Of a DNA stretch of 64,000 nucleotides, positions 37,611 to 49,018 are shown one piece after another (position 1 is the first letter of the stretch; each line of letters starts with the position of its first letter). The stretch spans positions 992,001 through 1,056,000 of the forward strand of contig NW_026250408.1 of the NCBI RefSeq assembly GCF_024521635.1, given 5' to 3'. The DNA comes from Tricharina praecox (lineage: Eukaryota). Position numbers and translations under genes: made by a program. The notes under the pieces were generated by a model. That model saw only the letters and a program-made list of their open reading frames with translations, did not search any database and was not told the origin of the DNA.

Positions 37611-39253
37611 CCATATTGAGCCATGTAATAAAATTATAGGCCTTATGGCAGCCTTATATGAGAGCGACTTTGACACATCCCGCTTGAGAATATTTTACTC
37701 ATATTAGTATTTCTCTTCTGTAGGTCTTGCCGTAAAATAAGGCTGACATGTCAGGGTTTTCAAATTCCAGCTCATATTGTTGAATAAGGGCCCGTTTGGA
37801 TGGCCTCAGTTTTCAGTTCCAGTTTTAGAGCCAAATTCAGTTCCCCGTCGGGACTCCGAATACTGTCAAGTTTCGGTTTCCGGAGAACTGTGAGGTAAAC
37901 AGGGTGTTTGGCAGTTGTCAGATTACTCAGCCATAAGTTTTAATAATAGGCTTCACCAGAAGTTTAATAGTAGACACATTGTAGCCCCGCTTTTTCCTTT
38001 TCCCCGTGCCTCAGTGAAGACACCAGCCCAGTAGCATTCGCATTATCTCTTGCACGCGGCGAGGGTTTTCGCAGGCAAGGACCTCTTGGACATATTGTGT
38101 TCCGGAAAGAGTAGAAGTACGCATCGGAATTTTTTTGGAATGCGTAGTATAGGGTAACTACTACTTCGCCGGCCAGCTGTGCAATGTGTCTCATCAACTG
38201 AGGGGAGAATACATTGCGGTGGTTGGTGACATTTTCATCGTCGGAAGGGGAGTCCATATGGTTGAAGTTAAAATGCGATACTGGGTGGCGGAAAAGAAAT
38301 GACCTCTCGAGGTCAGTACCAGTTTCGTCACTGGAGCCGCACAGTTTCAGTTCTTTTAAAAAACGTTTTTATGCCGTTCAAACGGGGTCTCAGTTTTGTT
38401 GGCTTGTTTCTCGAGAAACTGACTGTTTTCACTAAAACTGAGGCCATCCAAACGGGCCCTAAGCAATACATAATGATTTGATCTGCGACAAACCTCATTT
38501 AGGTACTTATCACTTATCGATACTCTTCACCTAGACATAACTATCACTTTTCGATGCTCCTCTTCCATCCCCTTATGTACCTAAACTACTCTCCTTCAAC
38601 CCCGCCCCTCACGCCTCCCGGGCCCCGCCCCCCGGGCCCCTTCCCATACCCTCCTCCTTGCTCACCAGCCCACCCTCACGCGTGACGCTGTACGTATAGG
38701 TTCACAGATACTGTTCGTATGTAGTATAGTACTGTGTTCCGCTACTGCTCCCTTCTCGCCGCGGATACCGTGATGGCTGCGCTGGCTGGCTATGCTATGA
38801 ATTAGTAGCAATTATTAGTAGTTAGTAACATGTAGTAGTACTGTGTTTCCCTACTGCTCCTCGCCGTGGACTCTACTGTGTCACCTTACAGCTGAGCCCG
38901 TCGTCTTCAACCTACAGCCAGCCAGTATTGTCGTCCTTCGCCGTCCTTCGCCGTCCTTCGCTGTCTTACTGGCAGGCGGGGCCTTCCTACAGCCTAATAG
39001 TCAGCATCGTCGTCCGAGTCGGTGGGGGTGGGGCGGATTGATCATTGATGGAGAAGCTGTCGGCAAGAGTATGAATTGATGGAGGAGCTGTTTTGGGTTA
39101 TGTGAGAACATTGGCTTTATTTTGACCGACCCTTATGGAAGCCTTATAAATTGAACGTGCTTATGACTGGCTTATAGAAGGCTTAGATATGCAATTACCA
39201 AGGCTTATATATGGCTGCCATAAGGCTTATAATTTTATTGCATGCCCCTATGG
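37611..39253. mobile_element. Degenerate non-autonomous DNA transposon with ~45-bp imperfect TIRs
   Basis: Left end ccatattgagccatgtaataaaattataggccttatggcagcc is the inverse of right end ggctgccataaggcttataattttattgcatgcccctatgg. TA lies on both flanks, and GCTTAT motifs cluster subterminally at about 39130-39230. Confidence 0.65.
37788..38459. mobile_element. PIF/Harbinger (Tourist-like) MITE, 672 bp
   Basis: Perfect 26-bp TIR GGGCCCGTTTGGATGGCCTCAGTTTT at 37788-37813 and 38434-38459. TAA target duplication at 37785-37787 and 38460-38462. Confidence 0.9.
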
Positions 39254-41646
39254 TAGGTATGTGGGATCGCTAGTTTCAACGTCACGTGATATTGCATCCT
39301 GGGTATGAGTTCGATGCAGTCAAGAAGTCAAGAAGTTAAGGAGTTGAGAGTCACGATGGATTGGATTATCCGTCGCAGTGATGGAGGATGGTCTGGTCTG
39401 TCGGGCCGAATATATCTACCCAGAGTATCGGCCCCTCGTTGTGCCTCTGCCAGTCATCACTCGGGGGTGTTTGGATGGTGGCTGGAATACATTAGCAAAT
39501 ATCAAGGCATAGTAAAGCCGTATGCGACAATGAATTGTCGTTCTATCTCTCTCTCTCTCTCCAAGTAGAGAGGCTATCAAGGCGACTTGGGGTTAAGCGT
39601 GTTGCGCTAGCACATCACGGAGTATCACGCAACCGATATGTGGATCACGAGCGGCACATCACGCAGGGCCTGGCTAACTATTATAGGCTATTGAGGGCAC
39701 CCCGCCATGACGGATCTCCACGAATGGCATTCGACTCCGCATCGGTGAAGAAAATGTCCTGCATTAGTTAGTTAGGTATCACTAGTCGAGAGGGGCACGC
39801 AAGGGCTTAGTTAGAGCCGACGATGTGCATCTTCCCATCCGGGTCGACGCCAGCTGCCATGACGGCACGTGGTCCGGGGGGAATCGAAGATGGACCGCAG
39901 GAAGCGAGAAGTGAGAACGAATGGGAGCAGCAGCAGCGGGCGCAGGACTGTCAAGACTCAACCGAGGCCGTGGTGGTGGTGGTGGAGATGGCGATATGTA
40001 TGTAGAGTAGGGAGCCGGAATGAAACAGGTGCGTGGTCGTTGACGCCTGCCGAGTTTGCTGCAAGTGAGTTGGGTGCGAGTGCTTATGTAAGTAACTAGC
40101 GTTCCGCTAGCCATGCGGATATACAGTTTTTCTGTGCGGCTCGGTCGAGCCTAGGTGGTTAACTTCCACAGGTTCCTTTAGGCTGAGCAGTGGCAGCAGC
40201 TACTGGTGTCGTCCTTGGCAGTTAGACCAGTACTGTGTTAACAGTTATCCAGCTGACACTGCGCGCTGATTGGTTGTCCGGCCGACCGGGTTTTTGGCAA
40301 TTGCACTGTCTCGCGTGGACACGCACAACCTTGCGCTGTGTGGCCGGCCAGGGGTCCGTCCTGGCAGGCTGGCACTGCACGTTGCCGCATGGAGTGCAAA
40401 AAGGGGCTCGAGTGTCGATGTGGGCGCGGCGAGCGACAGCGATGAGCTGGGAGAAGAGGGGGGAGCGTAGTTAGCGGGATGAGGAAGGGGAGGGACATGG
40501 CTGTCAACCGTTGTTGGAGAGCGGCCGTGTGCGAGCGTGGGCGGACGAGTCGTCGGGCTCCGGCTGTCGTTCTGGCTGTGTTTTGGCTGTCTCGTCGTCG
40601 TCGTCGTCGTCGGGCTTTGCTCTACCGTCGTCTAGCTGTCTTGTGTCTTCTGGCGGTCGTCTGGCTGTCTCGTCGTCGTCGATCGGCTTTCGTTCCTGTC
40701 CACCGCTAACCAGCTGGACGAGCCCGTGCCTCGATTAAAGTCCCGCAAACAACTACTTATGTGCCAGAATCTCTCTGCATCCTCGCTCTCCACTTCCCCT
40801 TCCGAAGGAGCAGGTGCTTCTTCTTCTTCTGTCTCTTGCCAGTCTCTCTCTTGCCGAGTTTGAACGTCCAATCATTTGTTGCACATCGTCGCTGTCGGCC
40901 GGCCGTCTCCACCAACACCACCACTGTCTCTTTCGCTATCCATATCTCGAATCGACCATCGATCCCAGATCTTCACCCACCCTGCATTCGCATGTTCCGT
41001 TCTTCTTTCTCGATACCATTCAACCTCTTCTTCTTCCTCTTCTGTACCCAGCCCCGGTCAGCCTAGGATAGTTGTCCTGTACGCTCGCAATCCATCCGCA
41101 TCTGCACCCGACTACACACCGGCAGCTGGCAGAGTGGACAACGAGGAGCTGCTGTGTGAACCACTACCACTTTGCTCTACTCAACCCCTACCGCCCCCCC
41201 AAAACAATAGAAGGAGAGACCCCCCCAGGCGCCCACCCGGCATCGCATACATAGCAAGAGGTAAGAAAGTTACCTCCCCTACATACCTGCCTAGAAAATC
41301 ACTCCAACCAGTGCTAACTCATTCAACCAGCCCATCCATTTAATTGCCTCCGCTTGTCGGCCGCGCTACCCTTCCCCACTTAGATACCGCTTCTTTTCTC
41401 TCCCTTCAGCTCATTCTCGTCCTCATCCTCGCCCTCGTCCTCCTCCATAAACCCTCCGTCAGTGTTACTGGAGATCACGCAACGACGACGCCAGAAAAAC
41501 ACAAACAGACACTCCGTCCGACCATCCTTCGACTCAGCCCAGCAACGCAACCCGCACCAGCCGAACGAACCCTGAACCGACGGCGATAAGCACGGACGTA
41601 CGCATCTCATTCGCATTCGCGCCATACGTCGGACGTGGAACTGAAG

Positions 41647-41985
41647 ATGGGTTTCCTGGACAAACTTCAGTCGAGTGCGTACCGTCCACGGCCATTCCCA
41701 CCCCTTCTCCCTCACTAACAGAGAAAAAAACAGAGTTCGAACTGTACAAACTAGAGCAGCGTTACACCAAGCGCAAGAGAAGAACCACATTCATCTCGGA
41801 TGCGGTCTACGTCGAGTACGGCTCCCCCCATCTTCTCTTAACCCAGCCCAACGCAATGCAATGCAATGACTAACGGCCTCAACAGCGGCGAGTACGTCTA
41901 CACCAACGGCCAGCAGCCACCCTCGCCACAGCGATCGGGATTCAGAGTATCCAGCTTCGCAACCGGCAGCACGCGCACGCGGTAG
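41647..41985 (+). CDS. Small 69-aa protein MGFLDKLQSKFELYKLEQRYTKRKRRTTFISDAVYVDGEYVY...; 3 exons
   Basis: Exons 41647-41674, 41734-41815 and 41886-41985. Both introns have a GT donor, CTAAC branch site and CAG acceptor and join in frame to TAG. A probable 5'UTR intron lies at 41261-41330. Confidence 0.75.
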
Positions 41986-42708
41986 CCCCTCCGACCACCT
42001 AGCCAAGAGCGAAAGAGGAGAGGGTGAGAGAGAGAAAGAGAAAGAGAGGAATGAATTGCAACGAGAGGACAATCAATCAATCGACATACAGCAAGCGACC
42101 ATTTAATCGATTCCCACTTCTTTCTCTCATCGTATACTTACGTATGAGGTCATGTTCTTACGCCCCTGTTTCCACCTGAATCTTGTACAGATCTCTTCTT
42201 GTTCCTTGCGCTGGGGGGATGGATGGACGGACGGACAGCTTTCGATCTATCTACAAGCCAAACCCTTTTTCTCTTTTCTTTTCTTCTCTTTCGCTCCCTC
42301 TACTTCATCCGTGTAAATATACCACTACATTTTATTTTTTTCCGTCCGGGGCTTTTTTTCCGATATTTTTTTTTGCCGTGGAGTCCAATAGGTAGGAGGA
42401 GATACCCGGGGGGGGAATGCAAATGCAAAATGAAATGCGGTTGTTGTTTTCTCTATTCTCTTTCTCTCGGTGATTTGAAAGAAAAAGAAAAAGAAAAAGA
42501 AAAAGAAAAGAAAAGAAAGGAAAAACTACTATGGATGCGAGATTTGAACTGACTGCACTCTGCCGGAGAACAAACTGGCGTGATGTTTTTGTGCTGTGCT
42601 GTGCTGTGCTGTGTGGTTGGGGGCCGACACTTGTCACTTGTGTCTGGGCTTTGCCAAAGCTTTGGCTTTGGCTTTCGGATGAAACTCACTAGGCCGGTTA
42701 CGCGGGAC

Positions 42709-43262
42709 TGGGGAGGGAGGGGGGATGGGGGAGGAGGGGCGCGGGGGCGGACAGGGCGCGGACGTGGGACGGGGGACGGGGGGCCCGGACAGGGCAAATG
42801 GATGGACAGGGCGGATGGATCGGACGGGGGATGGGGATAGGGGACGGGTGATAAAGGACGGGCGACGGGGTAATGGGGTCGTGATATGGGGGATGGGGTC
42901 GGGGTAATGGGGTACGACGGATGGGGTCGAGGAACGGGGGACGTGGGGGGGAGGGAGGGAGGGGGGTGTGTAAGAGGTGGAATTCGCGGGTCGGGGTCGG
43001 GGATTTCGGGGACGGGGACAGGGGTGCGGGATGCGGGATTAAAGAGTGAGTGAGAAAGAGTGAGGTGAGAGACAGACAGGCAGGCAGAGTGAGTGAGTGA
43101 GGTGAGGGAGGGAGAGTGAGAGGGAGGTGAGCGGGGAGGGGGAGAGGGAGGGAGAGGGAGGTGAGCGGGGGAAGGACCGAGTGAATTAGAGTGAGGGAGA
43201 AGAGTGAGTGAGTGAGGGAGAGAGGGAGGGAGTGAGAGAGAGGTGAATGAGTGAGGGAGAAG
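42709..43262. repeat. G-rich and polypurine low-complexity tract (GGG runs, then GAGT/GAGG repeats)
   Basis: Dozens of G3+ runs at 42709-43030, followed by a mostly purine stretch. Confidence 0.85.
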
Positions 43263-44228
43263 TGAGGCTTCGACTGCGTTCGGAAGATTGAAGGAAGCAA
43301 GGCTGTATTGCGGCGAAGAGCGAGGGCGTGAGGTGCGAGGAGCGATGGGTGAGGGGGGATCTCGTCAGTCGTGTTTGAGCCTCGAGGACGAAACGTCAAA
43401 CTGTCTGTCAAACTGTCATACTGTCATTGTCTTGCCGTCGAAACGCCACACTGTCATACTGCCCAACCTTCGTACTGTCAAACCGCCATACCACCACCGT
43501 CATACAATCAACCGAGTGATACGCCTCACATCTGCACATCTGCACTTATCATGTATGATGTACGATGTAAGTACCGGGTATTTCCTACTCTAGGTGCTGA
43601 CCGCCCCCCCGCACCCCCCGCACCCCTCCTCCAGTCGTTTCGGAAGCTCTCCCTCCCATCCCCCCTCACTGTGTAGCCATGTCGTCTCAGATCTGCCCGT
43701 GCACGCACGTCAGACGTCGGATTCGTTTTTCCACGGTCCACGTCTTCCAAGTTTCAAGTTCCACCGCAGACTCCAGAGAACGGATACCGTAAGAATAGTG
43801 TAGTGTAGTGTAAATAATGTAAATAGCAACGTTAGATACCAATTCTCGCCTCCAGTTCTCCAGTTCGTAAGATCTCCAGTTCGCAAGTTCTCAACTTCTC
43901 CACTCGCCAAGAAACATGCGAGCACCCCATCCCACAAACCACGTCTTCGTGTGCGCAAGCAAGCAGAAACCACAAAACACAAAACACACAACACACAACA
44001 GTCTTATCGAGCAAAGCAACTACCTACAGCATCAACAACAGCAACAACAGCAACAACAACAATCCTCAAACCATACGCCTATTCGCTATGAAGGTTAAAG
44101 TAAAAATAATCTCTCCGTCATCAACATAACCCCTACTCCCCCGCCTACCCCTACCCCTCCCCCTCCCCCTCCTCCTTCGCTTTGCAGACAGCAGCCGAAA
44201 ACAACGGCGGATGGAGACCCCGCAGGCT

Positions 44229-47198
44229 CTACCTCCGAACCCTCCTTCCAGCAGCCAAGCGACTAATGCCAACGAGGGAGCCAGCGGCGGCGACGGCGCC
44301 GCCGCGCCCGCCCCTTGCCGCCGCGGCCGGCTGCTGCTGCTGCTGGGAGCCGACCGTTGGCGTCGGCGCTCTAGCGGGGGACATGACTGCGCCGCCGCCG
44401 CCGCCAGTGGCAGTGCTGGCGCTGTTCGCGAGGGAAACGTTGCTGTTGTTGCTGCCCTTGATGCTGTACTGCGCTTGCTGCCGCTGCTGCACCGCCTTGA
44501 ATTTCTCTAGGAGCTCCATCCATTTGATGTCGTCGGCGCGGCCCTTGAGGCGCGTGGGGCGCTCGTAAGGTGTTGTTGAGGGGGCGGGCGCGCGCGGCGG
44601 GCCGTTGAGGTAGCCGATTGCCGACACGCTGTTGAGGCGGTTCTTTAGGGTGCCGAAGGCCGAGGACTGCGGAAGGAGCATGAGGAGGCCGTAGAGACAT
44701 TTGTAGAGGTAGGGATATTTGTCGGGTTCGAGGAGCTGCAGGCGGAGGTAGGTGAAGACGGGAGACTCCAACAGGTGCACGAGCTTGTCGACTTGGATCA
44801 GCAGGTTGACGGTGATTTCGAGCTCGGCGAAGGTGTGCAGCAGGTTTGAGGCTTGCTCGTAGGCTTGAGCGAGGAGGCAGAGGGAGAAGGCTGCCACGGC
44901 GTTATGGCACCACGAACGGAACAGCGTCACGAAGAAGGTCTGTCCGTCTTTGGTGTCGAGACTCCTCAGGCGTTTCCGGAGTTCGGCCAGCTCTGGCGCG
45001 GTGATGAGGTTATTGTTCAGGTTTTGCACCATTATCGAGGCAAATTCCACGTCCTCGTCCTTCTCTAGGATGTCCGCCAGCGTGCGGTATATGCGTTCCG
45101 GATTGAGGTTCACACAGAGGTGTCGGATGATGAGGTTTCCCCGGGTCTCGAGTAGTCGCCGATCTGTGGAGAACAGCGACAGCAAACTATGCATGAAGGA
45201 CGCGAAATAGTCGTCTTCGCTGTTGTGAGAGATCTGCGACAGCAGTTGCAAATCTCTCGTCACAACCTGTTCCGAAGGATCCGACAGCGTTTTCAGAAGG
45301 GCAGGGAATGTGCCATCGTTGATAGCCAGCATCTGAATGTTGCGTGAGCATGGTTACCTCCACATGAGCAGGGGGGCAGGATCTTTACCTTCCGGGGTGC
45401 TTTACGATGAAGCATTAGCAGCCATTCTAGGGCGACGACTCGGGTCTGTTCGTGCTCGTTGAGGAACTGCAGCGTCAACGCGCTCACCGTTGCCGCGTAA
45501 TCCAACTCCCCAGCCTTCGTGATTGGCGGCGTTGCCGTGCCCGGTGTAGGTGTCGAAATCGTGGGCGTTCTACGGCCCAGATCAGCCTCCTTGGACAGCG
45601 ATTGCCGTGGATGCGAATCCCTTCGTTGCTGCTGCTGTTCACTGGCAGCTTCTTTGTTGGCGAGTCTCGTTAACGTTGGTATGGCTGCTGGCGCTGCTTG
45701 CGATGGCGAGTCTTCTGCGAGTGATAATATCAGGTTTAGCAACGAGGTGTTGACTTTCGTCGCCGCATGTCGGACCAGTTCCGTGGGATGGGCGATGGCC
45801 GGCAACACATGTGACAACAACCGTGGGACGAACGGTAGAAGATCCTCCGGACAGATATCAAAGAAGTTGTCCACCCATCGCAACGCGGTCAATTGGATTT
45901 CTTCCTCCAGTGCGTCCAGAAGCGGGACCAGGATCTCTAGGATCTTGTGGTGATCCACTTCCACATCCTGACCAGGGATCCAGCTTCCGTCCGCGCCATC
46001 TTCCTTCTCATCCATCGGAGTTGCCGTATTGGAGCGGTCATCCTCGAGGCTCAACTTCTCTGTTTGTCGGAGTGCCTCATCCGTGCATGTACTGCCGTCA
46101 TCGCTCAAAGTCCTCGAATGTCCTTGGGCTCGGTTCTTTCGCGACTCCTCGACCCCACGTTTCACCCGCGCTATCCTTTTGATCTCCGCCAGGAAGCCCT
46201 CCAACGCCTGCTGGGTAGCCACATGCACGTCCTGATTCGGATCGCTAAGGAACCTGAAGAGACCGCCCAGGAATGCGGGAAGGTGTGTGACGAGCTCGAG
46301 GTCGGGGATCGAGTCGAGCAGCGTTATCCAAGATACCAAGAATATCCGAGTGAACGGATTGATAACGTGAATGCGCTCCTTAAGGAGTGGAATAAACCGT
46401 GGTAGCGAGAATGCTGTGGGGAACGCCTCATCGTCCGCGTACGTGGGCGAATTGTCGTCTTGTTCCGTCTCTACAAGGCTCTCCTCTGGCGAACTTGCCT
46501 GAAGGACCGAGATGTATGAAGCCGCCGACTCGGCGACGATATCCTTCACCAACCGATCCAACAGCTCCGCGCCGTTCTTTACCGAAAGCTCAGGGTCCGC
46601 TGCCAGCTATTCGACACGAAGCGCTCGTCAGACTTTCTTCCATCCTCGCGTCCATTCGCCCCCGGGCTGAACACTCACCTTCGACAGTGCATCGAACACC
46701 TCGTTGAAAAACGGCAATATCTCTCCCTTGGCCACTTTGGCGATGTTGTACATACTCTCGCAAGCGTAGTACCTGACACGAGCGTCCTGATCGGCGAAAC
46801 ACGCCAGAACCGGCGGCACGATCTGATCGAGATATCTCGCGACTTCCTGCAGACGAACCCGAACCACTCAGCGCGCGCACTCGTCGGGGGAAACAAGGTG
46901 TCCTCGCGAACCTACCGAACCCAAGGCTATCGAAGCCGCCGCCAACCCGATCAATCCGCCGTTGCGGGCATGGGGCTGATGGACGGCGTATGCATAGTCG
47001 TGGCACAGCTGCTCGATGATGGTGTGCACCTTGCCATGGTCGCCGTGGGCGAGACACTCGCGTACTGTCTTTTCGAGGCTGACGGTGATGTCAGCTAACG
47101 CGCCTCCCGCGACGGAGGCTGGAGGCCTACTCGAGAGCACCGAGCTTGCGACGGTCGTAGAGCTTGTCGTTCAGACTTCGCTGGATGGAGGGATCCAT
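44229..47198 (-). CDS. VAC14: PI(3,5)P2 regulatory scaffold Vac14 (multi-exon)
   Basis: LNDKLYDRRK.GALE, HARNGGLIGLAA, DARVRYYACESMYNIAKV, GAELLDRLVKDIV, LLETRGNLIIR, LLESPVFTYLRLQLLEP, LMLLPQSSAF. Confidence 0.95.
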
Positions 47199-47711
47199 GG
47201 TGCGTGGTGGTGGGAGGGACCAGGCGAGCAGGCGCACGCCGAGACAAGATAGAGGATAACGATCGAGGAAGCTTGGGAGCTTTTTTGCCTTTGAGATGAA
47301 GGAGGTGGGTTATGGTTTAAATCAAGGTGTAACTACAAAGAACGTGACGCGAGTCGTGACGGGGGGTCATCAAGCAACGTGATCAACGAACGGCAATAAC
47401 GAGGGTCCGCTGCGGGGGAATGAAGTGCGGAGAGATGAGAGAGTCGGGGGCTTTCTTGCGGGATGTGTTGTTCACTCGGTCGTTGTGCGGTTGAGGACAT
47501 TCACGTTCGTGTTCAGCAAGACTGGAGATAGACAGATACCAGCAGCGATGAGTTAGTACAACGAGTAGCTACGTCAATCGTGCAGTCTAGAGCTCGATGG
47601 AGAATCTTGGCCAGTTGTGCGCGTGGGTCCCTTTCTTCTGCTTCTCGATCTGGCCCCGCATCTGCGGCTGCAGTGTGCACCCTTGCGCTTCGGTCGTCGA
47701 CGGCCGGTTAC

Positions 47712-47778
47712 GTAAGTGCTTAAGTAACTAAGTAAGTGCTTAAGTAACTAAGTAAGCGCTTAAGTAACTAAGTAAGCG
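47712..47778. repeat. 20-bp tandem repeat (GTAAGTGCTTAAGTAACTAA), about 3.3 copies
   Basis: Directly visible, with one substitution in the later copies. Confidence 0.9.
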
Positions 47779-49018
47779 AGAGGAGATGGAGCTTGGAGCG
47801 GGATCGCAAGTTCTGCAGTTCCTCGTGGCACAGACGGCGTGATCGGGATCGCAACGGGTTCTCTGTGGTCCCTCGTGGCGCTTGTGCCGTTGGTCTGGTC
47901 TGGTCTCGGACAGTTGGACTCGTACACATCCGTTGCCGGTTCCTGCTTCGACGGCGACTTTCCCTGGGCAACTGCACTTCTTGGTGCTCCACAACAGCCA
48001 CCCGCAGCAGCATATCAGTCTTCTGCTTATTCCTCCGAGAGCTGGTTACTGTCGTCAACAGCCTCTTCCGTCGCCAACAGCCTTTTCCGCCGACAGCAGC
48101 CTCTTCCATCGCTCAACGACGTTGTATCGATCTTTGTCGTGCAAGGATGGTCGCTGCTGCTGCTTGGGAGCGGTTCGGAGATGCTGGGTTGGTTGCATGT
48201 GCGGGAATGCCCGCCGAACCGACTCCAATTCCGGGCATCGATGGCGGTGGAGGGAGAGACGCATGGTGCCGGTGGGACAGACAAAGTTGTTGTTGCGGTG
48301 GCTGGAACGGCTGGCGGTGTTTGCCAGATGTTTGCTTTTGAGGGCATTTCTGAAATTGAAGACATGTTCTCTCTCTCTCACATGGGTTTAGCGGTAAGAC
48401 GCGTGAGGATTCTTACTTAATGCCAGGGGGAAGATCACTCTGAGCAAACTCCCCCCCATCCCATCCCTGGTTTCCTGAGAAGCCCATCTTCTCGGCCCAT
48501 TGTCTTCCCATTCAGCGTTTCACCTTCCCGCCCCGCTGCAGCAACGAAACACGAGGCACTCGGTACCTTACTTCACGAGCTGCTGCGACCCCTCCGTCCG
48601 AAATGCTGAGCGCGTAAAGTAGACGCAGTCGAACCATTCGTAACTGGCACCACATTCTTTTGGTTACCCCACGTTTCTTCACTTTCCTTCACCTTCTACT
48701 GCTTCTTCTTCGTCTACTCTTCTTCTCGCTATTGTCTATAGCTCCTTTCGACACCCATTCACTCTCTCTCCTTTGAGAGCTTACCTTCCTCTTCCTCCCC
48801 CTTGCTCGCTCCGAGAACGCACACAAATTGACCCTTCAAGCTCACCCTTACTCTTACGCACTCTACTCATCTTCACCGACACACAGAGTGCTCCACGTGT
48901 TTCGGCTTTCCACGACTTCCAACTTAGGACCGATTAGCATCGTCCGCGTGCGCCCACGGACCGCATCTCGATCGGACCCCCTCGATTCCTACGTCACCGA
49001 TAACTAATCCCCGACACG

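Noticed and set aside
37611..39253. Strong RIP signature in the transposon relics
   Set aside because: CpA/TpG dinucleotides remain common and the inner TIRs are perfect. A proper test needs alignment of multiple copies.
42453..43411. Proline/leucine-rich ORFs on the minus strand
   Set aside because: They are by-products of a C/T-rich low-complexity strand that lacks stop codons, with no ATG context or recognisable domain.
47740..48420. Six overlapping 80-190 aa ORFs
   Set aside because: GC-rich intergenic DNA is open in many frames at once, with no motif or codon bias favouring any one.
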